NCBI GenBank assembly: GCA_964016885.1
Contig: OZ024741.1
Coordinates: forward strand, 411,308,001 to 411,372,000
Origin: Eledone cirrhosa
Lineage: Eukaryota
Direction: 5' to 3'
DNA length: 64,000 bases
The position numbers and the translations under genes are program-made. Below, piece by piece: positions 37,104 through 49,300 of the stretch (position 1 is its first letter; every line of letters begins with the position of its first letter). The notes beneath the pieces are model-generated. The model worked only from the letters and a program-made list of their open reading frames with translations. It was not told the DNA's origin and did no database searches.

Positions 37104-38110
37104 AATTTGTTGGTTTAGTGAGAGAGGGGAATTGGGAGAGAAAGTGAGGTATGTAGAGAGGCCTAGAGAGGGGGAGAGAATTTGTTGGTTTAGTTAGAGA
37201 GAGGAATTGTGAGAGTGAGTGATGTATGTAGAGAGGTATAGAGAGGGTCAGAGAATTTGTTGGTTTAGTAAGAGAGGGGGAATTAAGAGAAGGAAAGCGT
37301 ATGAAGTATGTAGTGAGATATAGAGAGAGGGAGAGAAATTGATGGCCTAGTGAGAGAGGGGCAATTGTGAGAGAGATTGAGGTATGTATTGAGATATAGA
37401 GGGAGGGGGGGGGGGGGAGAATTTAGTGGCCTAGTGAGGGAGTATTGTGAGAGTGAGAGAGAATGAGGTATGTGATGGAATATAGAGAGGGGTGAGAGAA
37501 TTTCTTGCTCTAGTGAGAGAGTGGGAATTAAGAGAGTGAAAGAGAATAAGGTATCTAGTGAAATATAGAGAGGGGCAGAGAATTTGGTGGTCTAGAGAGA
37601 GAGGGGGAATTGCGAGAGAGAGAGAGTGAGACATGTAGTGAGTTATAGAGAAGGAGAGAAAGTTTATTGGCCAGGTGAGAGAGGGTATATTTTGAGAGTG
37701 AGAGAGAGTGGGGTATGTAGTGTTATATAGAGAGGGAAAGAGAATTTGGTGGCCTAGTGAGAGAGGGGTAATTGTAAGAGAGAGTGAGGTACGTAGTGAG
37801 ATATAGAGAGAGGGAGAGAATTTGTTGGTTTATTGAGAGAGGGGGGATTAAGAGAAGGAAAGCGTTAGAGGTATGTAGTGGTATATATAGAGAGAGGGAG
37901 AAATTGTGTGGTTTAATGAGAGAGGGGGAATTGTGAGAGTGACTGACAGTGAGGTATGTAGTGGGAGAGAGCTTGGTGGTTCAGTGAGAGAGGGAAAATG
38001 TTGGTTAAGTGAGAGTGAGTGAGGCATATAGTGGTATATAGAGAGGGTGAGAAAGGTATAATGTTTTAGTGAGAGGGGGTAATATTTTGAGAGAGAGTGA
38101 CAAAATAATT
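37104..38110. repeat. GA-rich degenerate tandem repeat of about 70 bp (right part)
   Basis: Same unit as 31055-31361. Confidence 0.85.
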
Positions 38111-38578
38111 GTAAGAGGGAAGAAAAATGTTTTAATTTTGGGTTTCATAGTAAAGTGGCTGTGTGTATGTGTGTGTGTGTGTGTGTGGTTATATGTGTGT
38201 GTGTGTGTGTGGTTATATGTGTATATATGTGTGGTTATATGTGTATGAGTGTGTGTGGTTATATGTATATGAGAGTGTGTGCTTATATGTATATGAGTGT
38301 GTGTGTGTGTGTGTGCTTGTATAAATGTATGCGTGTTGTTATGTTTCTATATATATGTGTGTGCGTGTTTGTTTATATGCATGTGTATATATATGTGTGT
38401 GTGTGTATTTATATATGTGTGTATGTTTATATATATATATATCTATATCTCGTTTCTGAATTTGTTTAAGATTCTTTATCTGAAAACGTGTGTTGAAACC
38501 GATATTGTTATACTTTGGGAGGGTCATGTTGCCAATAAGAAACACACGCACCAGTTGCTTTCACTTCAATTTATTATA

Positions 38579-39035
38579 TCTATATATATAAAAGCAAGTC
38601 GGTCTGTGTGTGTGTGTGTATCTGTCTGTGTACAAATACTAGGCTCCTTTTAACTTTTGAAGTACTAGGCCGATTTGCTTCAAGGAATGATATTTCTATG
38701 TCCAGTGGATGGTCAACGTGATAGTGGCAGCGCCATCTTACGTATAGGGTTTAGTCTACTGAAGCACATACGGTGTATCTATTCCATCTTTATCCCCTTA
38801 CTCATACCTACTACAGCAAGGCCGGACCTGAAATCATTCACGTCAATTAACTCAAGCTACCCCATGAATTGTTTTTATGTTGCCGTTTATTTCACTCAAT
38901 CATGTCACTGTACACCCATTTTGTTAAACCTTTTGTTACAATTACATTTCAATTCTTTGCTCAACCTTTGGCTCTCTTTATACGGACAAACAGGCTGTCA
39001 TTCATTTCCCGAGCAACGGTGGGTACATCTGCTAG
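38579..39035 (+). mobile_element. Non-autonomous Helitron
   Basis: 5' A|TCTATATATATAAAA; 3' subterminal imperfect hairpin CCCGAGCAACGGTGGG followed by TACATCTGCTAG|T; a second, inverted 3' end lies at 39209-39230. Confidence 0.72.
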
Positions 39036-39240
39036 TATATATATATATATATATATATATATACAAACACACACGCACACACATTTACAAGCAAACGGGC
39101 ACACACATACAGACATATAAACACATATACACACAGATATATAAATAAACACACACACCACATTCATATATAAATAAAAACACCCACATTTATATATATA
39201 TATATATACTAGCAGATGTACCCGGTATTGTATATATATA

Positions 39241-39446
39241 TTTCACTTTGCTCCAGTCCACTCAGCTGGCAAACATGAGTTGTACCTGTAATTAAAGGAC
39301 CAACTGAATCTCCCTGAGAACTACGCAGCGTAAAGTGTACGTGCGTCTGAGGAATACTCAGCCACTTGCACATTAATTTCACGAGTAGGCTGTTCCGTTG
39401 ATAATATCAACTGGAACACTCGTCGCCGTAAGCGACGGAGTGCCTC
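39241..39446 (+). mobile_element. SINE body and 3' fragment
   Basis: TTTCAC.TTGCTCCAGTCCACTCAGCTG is shared with the SINE at 44772-44910; terminal hairpin CACTCGTCGCCGTAAGCGACGGAGTG. Confidence 0.65.
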
Positions 39447-39466
39447 CATTTATATGTGTGTGTTTA

Positions 39467-39503
<37 letters not shown>

Positions 39504-39504
<1 letters not shown>

Positions 39505-42383
39505 AGCTTTTCTGGGTGGGAAATGACAATGGGTTGGGTGGGGTAGGAATCATGGTAGCAGAAAAGTGGGCAGATAAGATAATAGACGTAAATAGAGTGA
39601 ACGACAGAATAATTAAAATAAGACTTGTCCTCAATAAAACTACGGTGACAGTAATATCTGCGTACGCACCACAATCCGGACTGCCCGGTGCTATAAAAGA
39701 CAGATTCTACGAGACACTGATGCTCGCTACCTCCCAAATAACCGACAGTGACTATATAGTTATTGCAGGCGACCTAAATGGTCACGTTGGACAACATTGT
39801 GACGGCTATGATGGAATCCATGGAGGATATGGGTTTGGTACTAGAAATGAGGAAGGCTCCAGAATCCTGGAATTCTGCGACGCAAATAATTTAACTATCT
39901 GTAACACTAACTTCAAAAAACGAGACAATCACTTGATCACCTATAGATCGGGGGAACACACAAGCCAGGTAGATTATATCCTTACCAGAAGACGTGACAG
40001 AGTGTCTGTTGTTAACACTAAATCCCTCCCCCATGAAGAATTCACCTCCCAACATAGACTGATAATTAGCGACCTCATAGTCAGGACGAGACGTACTAGA
40101 CAGCGGAAGAGGACTATCCTCAGGAGAAAAATATGGAAGCTAAAGGACCCCATAGCCAGAAATAAATTTCAAAGCATATTACTTGACGCTTTTGACAGTA
40201 AGGAAGAGCAATTAGAGTCGTATAATATAGAGGAACAGTGGGAATTCCTGAGAGCAAACCTGCTGACGGCGGCAGACGAAGTCTGTGGCTGGAGCAGGCC
40301 TGTAGGTAGGAGGAGAGTAACATGGTGGTGGAACAGTAAGGTGGAGGAGTCAATTAAGGCCAAAAAGCAGGCTTGGAAAGCATGGCGGGATGGGGGAAGT
40401 AGAGAAGACTATCAAGTGGCCAGGAGGGAAGCTAGGAGACAAGTGTACTTCGCAAGAAGGGAAGCAGAGGAAAGAAAGTTCAAGCATGTTCTACAACGTG
40501 AGGACCAAAAACGTGAGGTGTTCAGGATTGCCAGGCAATGTGTCAAGGAAAACCGTGATATTGTCGGGGAGAAGTGTGTACTTAACGATGATGGCATACT
40601 TGCCATCACCGACGCTGATAAGAAGGTAGCTTGGAAGTGTCACTACGAAAGGCTTCTAAATGAGGAGAACAAATGGGAGAAAGACAGTCGCCCCCACATC
40701 GACCCAATAGAGGGACCAGCAGTGTTAGTCCAGGGTAGTACAATAAGCAAGGCAATCAAAGATATGAAGACGGGTAAGGCGGCTGGTCCTTCGGAAATAG
40801 TTGCTGAGATGCTGAAGGCATCTGGTTCGGTGGGACACACCATGGTCACCCGGATAGTTAACCAAGTCGTACAGAATGGGGTTGTTCCGAAGGACTGGCG
40901 TAGCAGCATCATCGTTAACTGCTATAAGGGAAAAGGAGATGCCCTAGATAGGAGTAACTATAGAGGCATTAAATTAATCGACCAGGTCATGAAGGTCACG
41001 GAAAAAGTAATAGCACAACTAATCAGAGAGAGAATTGATCTAGATGAAATGCAGTTCGGGTTTGTGTCAGGCAAAAGTACCACAGACGCTCTTTTCATTG
41101 TACGACAACTACAAGAGAAGTACCTAGCTAAAAGTAAACCCCTATACTTAGCTTTCGTCGACTTGGAGAAAGCCTTCGACAGAGTCCCCCGTTCCATTAT
41201 CTGGTGGTCTCTTAGAAAACTAGGTGTTAACGAATGGCTTGTGAGAGCTATACAAGCCATGTATAAAGAAACAGTCAGTAAGGTTAGAATTAACAACGAA
41301 TATAGTGAAGAGTTTAGCGTAAAAGTTGGTGTCCATCAGGGCTCTGTTCTTAGCCCCCTACTATTTATTATTGCCCTTCAGGCTATAACAGAGGAGTTCA
41401 AGACCGGCTGCCCATGGGAACTCCTATACGCAGATGATCTAACGCTCATAGCTGAATCAATGACCGAACTAGAGAAGAAATTCCAAACATGGAAGCACGG
41501 CCTAGAATCAAAAGGCCTTAAAATTAACCTGGCTAAGACTAAAGTTCTAGTTTGTAGGAAAGAAAATAAGGCGGCAGTCCCATCTGGGAAATGGCCATGC
41601 TCAGTGTGTAGGAAAGGCGTAGGTAGAAACTCCATTTTATGTCCCAAATGCAAAGTATGGGTGCATAAAAGATGTAGTGGGATCACAGGTAAGCTAACTA
41701 AGAACATAGATTTTACATGTGGCCGGTGCTCTGGTGCAATAAGTAGCAGCAAGTGCCCACAAAATACTAGCTCCTTCAACTGCGCAGAGGGTTCTATAGA
41801 AATAGTGGACAGCTTCCGTTACCTGGGTGACAAAATCAGCAGTGGGGGAGGGTGCTCTGAAAGTACAGTAGCTAGAGTCAGAACTGGATGGAAAAAGTTC
41901 AGAGAGCTTATACCACTATTAGCCGCTAGAGGGTTCTCCCTAAAAATGAAAGGCAGGTTATACGATGCCTGCATACGAACAGCAATGCTGCATGGCAGTG
42001 AGACCTGGGCATTGTGTGCAGAGGATATACGCAGACTAGAGAGGAACGAAGCTTGCATGCTCCGCTGGATGTGCAATAGTAATATACGTGAACGGCAAAG
42101 CATAAACGAACTAAGGAAAAAATTAGAAATAAGAGGGATCAGATGTTGTTTACTCGAGAGAAGGCTACGTTGGTACGGTCACGTGATGCGCATGAAAGAC
42201 GACAGCTGTATAACAAAGTGCAGGGCAATAAAGATAGACGGTAGCCACGGAGTAGGCAGACCCAGAAAAACATGGGTCGAGCTGATAAATTCCGACCTCA
42301 CACGCTTACACGTCTCCAAGACAATGTCACTGGACCGAGACCTTTGGCGGTACTCAGTAATAGAGAAGACCCGCCTTACCTAA
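39504..42383 (+). CDS. RTE ORF: APE endonuclease (N-terminus missing) plus reverse transcriptase with an inserted PHD finger
   Basis: SAYAPQ, GDLNGH, QVDYIL, TWWWN, NYRGIKL, QFGF, FVDLEKAFD, GVHQGSVLSP, YADD, FRYLG, RLRWYGH; the ORF-track start at 39456 lies in microsatellite. Confidence 0.93.
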
Positions 42384-42560
42384 ATACAAAGTAAAAACCT
42401 ACTACAGTCAGTAGGCATCTCTATCAAAACACCCCCCCCCCCCCCCGTCCCACCACCTCCACCCCATCCACACCGCCCCTTTCAATGTAAAGTTATGTTG
42501 GTCCCACATCATCCAGGCCGAAACAAATGAGATCGTGTAGGTGTCACGATAAAAAAACAC

Positions 42561-42903
42561 ACAGTCCACGCTGTAAATGTGGCCGTGTAGGCAACACGGT
42601 AAAAACCTCCCAGCCCCACACTGTAAATGTGGTTGGTGTTAGGAAGGGCATCCAGCTGTAGAAAACCCGCCAGACAGTCCACGCTGTAATGTGGCCGTGT
42701 AGGCAACACGGTAAAAACCTCCCAGCCCCACACTGTAAATGTGGTTGGTGTTAGGAAGGGCATCCAGCTGTAGAAAACCCGCCAGACAGTCCACGCTGTA
42801 ATGTGGCCGTGTAGGCAACACGGTAAAAACCTCCCAGCCCCACACTGTAAATGTGGTTGGTGTTAGGAAGGGCACCCAACTGTAGAAAACCCGCCAGACA
42901 GTC
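42561..42903 (+). repeat. 3 x 112-bp tandem repeat in the RTE 3' UTR
   Basis: ACAGTCC recurs at 42561, 42674, 42786 and 42898. Confidence 0.92.
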
Positions 42904-43163
42904 CTATGCGAGCAAGACAACCACTCTTGCCTCAAGTGGGAAAACCCCCGTCCAAACCCATGCAAGCGTGGAACACGGACGCTAAACCTGATGATGATGA
43001 TGATGATGATGATGATATATAATATAGCATATTATATATAATATATATAATATATTATTTATACTCCAGTCCTACAAACTGTAGAGTGCTACTTATCCGA
43101 TATCTGCATTGCTTTATTGTACTACAATAAAACTCACCTCCTACATATATATATATACATATA

Positions 43164-43211
<48 letters not shown>

Positions 43212-43293
43212 TGCCTGTGACCTATATACACAGCTCACACACACACACATATATATATATATATACAGATATATATATATATATGTATATATA

Positions 43294-44300
43294 TATATTA
43301 TTCAAAATATTAACAAATGAAGATATTCACATAATCAAAATATATGCTTTATTATATATATTTCGAAGGTACTGTGTTGTCCTTGTCAGATAAAATATAT
43401 GATTTGATATATGACATACCGCTACGGTCTTGATAGTTCAATTCCTGTATTGGCAGTGATTTATTTCATCAAATCTCAACATTTATATACCACAAATAAT
43501 AATATGATAAACTTAAAGAAGAAAAGGACGTGGAGCGAATTTGAGATATAAGAGAGGGTGTAAAGAGGAGGAAGGCAAGAAAAAAGAAAGAAAGAAAGAC
43601 AAAAAAAAAAGAAAAAAGAAAGAAATACATACATAAATATTTAAATGAATAAAAATAAAAGGATGGATGAATAGAGGAAGAAGAAAGGAGAAATAACGAC
43701 AAAAGAGAGGGAACATAAAATATATGTTAGGATATATAGAAGAAACCGTTGTTTTCAAATATTAGGTCAATTGAGGCAACCAATCAATTACCATAAACCA
43801 TTGAATATCTCTTGTATTTGATTATGGTTAAGTTAATTATACTTATATATTATATCAAAATTAGTCAATATACATTACTTTTTATACCCGTCTTTCTTTC
43901 TTTCTTCTTTCTTGCCTTCCTCCTCTTTACACCCTCTCTTATATCTCTAATTCGCTCCACATCCTTTTCTTCTTTAAGTTTATCATATTATTATTTGTGG
44001 TATATAAATGTTGAGATTTGATGAAATAAATCACTGCCAATACAGGAATTGAAATATCAAGACCGTAGCGGTATGTCATATATCAAATCATATATTTTAT
44101 CTGATGAGGATGTACTGAGAAAACAACACAGTACCTTCGAAATATATATAATAAAGCATATATTTTGATTATGTGAATATCTTCATTTGTTAATATTTTG
44201 AATAATATTAAAAACTCCAGGAAATTTTTTGTTGAGTGCTTTTAATCTATTGTAAAACTATATTCATTGAGTAATCAATGAACCATATTAATCTTTGATT
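43294..44300. mobile_element. Inverted pair of PLE pLTRs (arms 43294-43600 and 43890-44208)
   Basis: ~310-bp near-identical inverted arms, each with a hammerhead or a hammerhead relic. Confidence 0.8.
44096..44155 (+). ncRNA. Type I minimal hammerhead ribozyme, intact core
   Basis: TTTAT CTGATGA GGA-t-GTACTG...CAGTAC-c-TTC GAAAT-atat-ATA ATAAA; palindromic loop III. Confidence 0.8.
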
Positions 44301-44304
44301 ATAT

Positions 44305-44521
44305 ATATATAACAAAGGAAGTGTGGTAAGGAACTAGGTGGACCATAATGCACCAGAGTACTCAATACTTTCGGTAGTAGAGTGGGTAATAGGAAAAGAC
44401 TCAGAACCCCGACGGCAGAGCTCAAGCCGTTTCGACAGCTATTTCTGGACAAAATAGTTGTCGAGTCCAGAAATAGCTGTCGAAACGGCTTGAGCTCTTC
44501 CGTTGGGGTTCTGACTCTTTT

Positions 44522-44526
<5 letters not shown>
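44305..44526 (-). mobile_element. Small fold-back element, same family as 14031-14223
   Basis: Arms 44389-44450 and 44465-44526; tail homologous to 14147-14223; GAAAC-GGC...GCC-GTC-GGGG on the minus strand. Confidence 0.72.
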
Positions 44527-44561
<35 letters not shown>

Positions 44562-44564
<3 letters not shown>

Positions 44565-44740
44565 TCATTTTTCATCATCATCATTTCATTTTACGTCCGC
44601 TTTTTCCCTGCTTGCAAAGGTGGGACGGGAACTGATTCTGGCTTGATTTCTACAGATGGATGCCCTTCCTAACACCAACCTCATTTACAATGAGTGATGG
44701 GTGCTTTTTTGCCGTGGCACCTCCACAACCACTTTGTAGT
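44562..44740 (-). mobile_element. RTE-related 3' end fragment
   Basis: (CAT)n tail followed by TTTACGTCCGCTTTT..CCTGCTTGCAA and GGATGCCCTTCCTAACACCAACC, as in the other RTE 3' ends. Confidence 0.7.
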
Positions 44741-44771
44741 GGAATGATATGGACCCCAGTCCTATCATCTC

Positions 44772-44910
44772 ATTTCTACAGCTGAGTAAACTGGAGCAAT
44801 GTGAAATAAAGTGTCTTGCTCAAGAAAATAACACATGACCCGGTCTGAGAATTGAACTCACAACCTTTCGATTGCAAGCCCAATGCTCTAACCACTAAGC
44901 CATGTGCCTC
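44772..44910 (-). mobile_element. tRNA-derived SINE head with a CORE/V-like domain
   Basis: Minus strand: GGAGGCACA-TGGCTTAGTGG (A box)...GAGTTCAATTC (B box)...TTGAGCAAGACACTTTATTTCAC. Confidence 0.8.
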
Positions 44911-44924
44911 CATATATATATATA

Positions 44925-45312
44925 TATAACGGCGATGAATTAGTTTTGCGAGGTTTTTGATATGAAATCGTGTGTCGAAACAAATATTGTTATACTTGGG
45001 GAGGGTCATATTTGTGTAATAATATTGCCAGAATTAATAACAGAACACACTGTTTGGTTGGTTTTTCCCTTCTGTGTCTTTTATATCGGTTAATTTAATT
45101 TATTCGGTCCTCAATGTTACCATTGACTGACCAACGGTCAAAAATACAGATCTATCTATATATATGGTTTTTGTGTCTATATTGTATTTGTATTTTTGAC
45201 CATTGGTCAGTCAATGGTAACATTGAGGACCGAATAAATTAAATTAACCGATATAAAAGACAGAAGCGAAAACCAACCAAACACAAATATGACCCTCCCC
45301 AAATATAACAAA
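44925..45312. mobile_element. Fold-back pLTR-like remnant (arms about 44987-45148 and 45194-45312); related fragment at 38450-38575
   Basis: Inverted arms; CGTGTGTC-GAAAC-AAATATT-GTT-ATAC hammerhead half; TTGTTATACTTNGGGAGGGTCAT is shared with about 38505. Confidence 0.55.
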
Positions 45313-45466
45313 ATATATATATATACTACTGAAACTATCTTAGATAAGGCTCAGAATTAACTATAGGTAAGATGACATTAGAGTACCTTAAAATAAAGGA
45401 AACCGAAATACATTTCTCAGGGGTAAAATTAATTTAGCTAGGTAACTAATGTTTAATGAATTTATT

Positions 45467-46195
45467 ATATGTGTGTGTCTGTGTGTGCGTGTGTCTGTGT
45501 GTATGTGTGTATATGTGTGTGTATGTGTGCATATGTGTATGTGTGTCTGTGTGTATATGTGTGTGTATGTGTGCATGTGTGTCTGAGTGTGTGTCTGAGT
45601 GTGTGTCTGAGTGTGTGTGTGTGTGTCTGTGTATGTGTCTGTATGTCTCAGTGTGTGTATGTGTATGTGTGTATGTGTATCTGAGTGTATGTGTGTATGT
45701 GTGTCTGTGTGTCTCAGTGTGTATATGTGTGTCTGAGTGTATGTAGTGTATGTGTGTCTGTGTGAATGTGTGTGTCTGAGTGTATGCGTGTATGTGTGTC
45801 TGTGTGTCTCAGTGTGTATATGTGTGTCTCAGTGTATGTAGTGTATGTAGTGTCTGTGTGTATATGTGTGTCTGAGTGTCTGAGAGTATCTGTGTCTGTG
45901 TGTCTCAGTGTGTATATGTTTGTCTGAGTGTCTGAGTGTATGTATGTCTGTGTGTCTCAGTGTGTGTCTGAGTGTCTGAGTGTATGTGTGTCTGTGTGTC
46001 TCAGTGTGTATATGTGTGTCTGAGTGTATGTAGTGTATGTGTGTCTGTGTGTCTCAGTGTGTATATGTGTGTCTGAGTGTATGTAGTGTATGTGTGTCTG
46101 TGTGTCTCAGTGTGTATATGTGTGTCTGAGTGTATGTAGTGTATGTGTGTCTGTGTGTCTCAGTGTGTATATGTGTGTCTGAGTGTATGTAGTGT
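45467..46195. repeat. (TG)-rich microsatellite turning into a ~56-bp tandem unit (GTCTCAGTGTGTATATGTGTGTCTGAGTGTATGTAGT...)
   Basis: Direct reading. Confidence 0.85.
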
Positions 46196-46311
46196 AAACT
46201 TTAAATTACCCTCTCTATCCTCTGCCTACCTCTCTCAATATTCTTTTCCAGACATGGTAAGATGTATGAAGATATTTATTCCTACTTCAAGAAATATTCG
46301 TAAGTTTCTGC

Positions 46312-49300
46312 CCAACACCTTACACCAGTTCCTTCACTACAACTATTGCCACCACTGCCACCAACACCTTACACCAGTTCCTTCACTAGTACTATTTCCA
46401 CCACTGCCACCAACACCTTACACCAGTTCCTTCACTACAACTATTGCCACCACTGCCACCAACACCTTACACCAGTTCCTTCACTAGAACTATTGCCACC
46501 ACTGCCACTAACACCTTAGACCAGTTCCTTCACTACTACTATTGCCACCACTGCCACCAACACCTTACACTAGTTCCTTCACTACTACTATTGCCACCAC
46601 TGCCACCAACACCTTACACCAGTTCCTTCACTACAACTATTGCCGCCACTGCCACCAACACCTTACACCAGTTCCTTCACTACAACTATTGCCACCACTG
46701 CCACCAACACCTTACACCAGTTCCTTCACTAGTACTATTTCCACCACTGCCACCAACACCTTACACCAGTTCCTTCACTACAACTATTGCCACCACTGCC
46801 ACCAACACCTTACACCAGTTCCTTCACTAGAACTATTGCCACCACTGCCACTAACACCTTAGACCAGTTCCTTCACTACTACTATTGCCACCACTGCCAC
46901 CAACACCTTACACTAGTTCCTTCACTACTACTATTGCCACCACTGCCACCAACACCTTACACCAGTTCCTTCACTACAACTATTGCCGCCACTGCCACCA
47001 ACACCTTACACCAGTTCCTTCACTACAACTATTGCCACCACTGCCACCAACACCTTACACCAGTTCCTTCACTACAACTATTGCCACCACTGCCACCAAC
47101 ACCTTACACCAGTTCCTTCACTACTACTATTGCCACCACTGCCACCAACACCTTACACCAGTTCCTTCACTACAACTATTGCCACCACTGCCACCAACAC
47201 CTTACACCAGTTCCTTCACTACTACTATTGCCACCACTGCCACCAACACCTTACACTAGTGCCTTCACTACAACTATTGCCACCACTGCCACCAACACCT
47301 TACACTAGTTCCTTCACTACTACTATTGCCACCACTGCCACCAACACCTTACACCAGTTCCTTCACTACAACTATTGCCACCAACACCTTACGCCAGTTC
47401 CTTCACTACAACTATTGCCACCACTGCCACCAACACCTTACACCAGTTCCTTCACTACAACTATTGCCACCACTGCCACCAACACCTTACACTAGTTCCT
47501 TCACTACAACTATTGCCACCACTGCCACCAACACCTTACACCAGTTCCTTCACTACAACTATTGCCACCACTGCCACCAACACCTTACACTAGTTCCTTC
47601 ACTACTACTATTGCCACCACTGCCACCAACACCTTACACCAGTTCCTTCACTACTACTATTGCCACCACTGCCACCAACACCTTACACCAGTTCCTTCAC
47701 TACTACTATTGCCACCACTGCCACCAACACCTTACACCAGTTCCTTCACTACAAGTATTGCCACCACTGCCACCAACACCTTACACCAGTTCCTTCACTA
47801 CAACTATTGCCACCACTGCCACCAACACCTTACACCAGTTCCTTCACTACAACTATTGCCACCACTGCCACCAACACCTTACACCAGTTCCTTCACTACA
47901 ACTATTGCCACCACTGCCACCAACACCTTACACCAGTTCCTTCACTACTACTATTGCCACCACTGCCACCAACACCTTACACCAGTTCCTTCACTACAAC
48001 TATTGCCACCACTGCCACCAACACCTTACACCAGTTCCTTCACTACTACTATTGCCACCACTGCCACCAACACCTTACACCAGTTCCTTCACTACAACTA
48101 TTGCCACCAACACCTTACGCCAGTTCCTTCACTACAACTATTGCCACCACTGCCACCAACACCTTACACCAGTTCCTTCACTACAACTATTGCCACCACT
48201 GCCACCAACACCTTACACTAGTTCCTTCACTACAACTATTGCCACCACTGCCACCAACACCTTACACCAGTTCCTTCACTACAACTATTGCCACCACTGC
48301 CACCAACACCTTACACTAGTTCCTTCACTACTACTATTGCCACCACTGCCACCAACACCTTACACCAGTTCCTTCACTACTACTATTGCCACCACTGCCA
48401 CCAACACCTTACACCAGTTCCTTCACTACTACTATTGCCACCACTGCCACCAACACCTTACACCAGTTCCTTCACTACAAGTATTGCCACCACTGCCACC
48501 AACACCTTACACCAGTTCCTTCACTACAACTATTGCCACCACTGCCACCAACACCTTACACCAGTTCCTTCACTACAACTATTGCCACCACTGCCACCAA
48601 CACCTTACACCAGTTCCTTCACTACAACTATTGCCACCACTGCCACCAACACCTTACACCAGTTCCTTCACTACAACTATTGCCACCACTGCCACCAACA
48701 CCTTACACCAGTTCCTTCACTACAACTATTGCCACCACTGCCACCAACACCTTACACCAGTTCCTTCACTACTACTATTGCCACCACTGCCACCAACACC
48801 TTACACCAGTTCCTTCACTACAACTATTGCCACCACTGCCACCAACACCTTACACCAGTTCCTTCACTACTACTATTGCCACCACTGCCACCAACACCTT
48901 ACACCAGTTCCTTCACTACTACTATTGCCACCACTGCCACCAACACCTTACACCAGTTCCTTCACTACAAGTATTGCCACCACTGCCACCAACACCTTAC
49001 ACCAGTTCCTTCACTACAACTATTGCCACCACTGCCACCAACACCTTACACCAGTTCCTTCACTACAACTATTGCCACCACTGCCACCAACACCTTACAC
49101 CAGTTCCTTCACTACTACTATTGCCACCACTGCCACCAACACCTTACACCAGTTCCTTCACTACTACTATTGCCACCACTGCCACCAACACCTTACACCA
49201 GTTCCTTCACTACTACTATTGCCACCACTGCCACCAACACCTTACACCAGTTCCTTCACTACTACTATTGCCACCACTGCCACCAACACCTTACACCAGT

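Larger units (their letters stand above)
39504..43015 (+). mobile_element. RTE-clade LINE, slightly 5'-truncated, young
   Basis: Uninterrupted ORF, ~600-bp 3' UTR, (TGA)n tail, (TA)n flanks. Confidence 0.95.

Noticed and set aside
44830-44910. tRNA gene
   Set aside because: A and B boxes are present, but the cloverleaf is imperfect and the sequence continues into a SINE body
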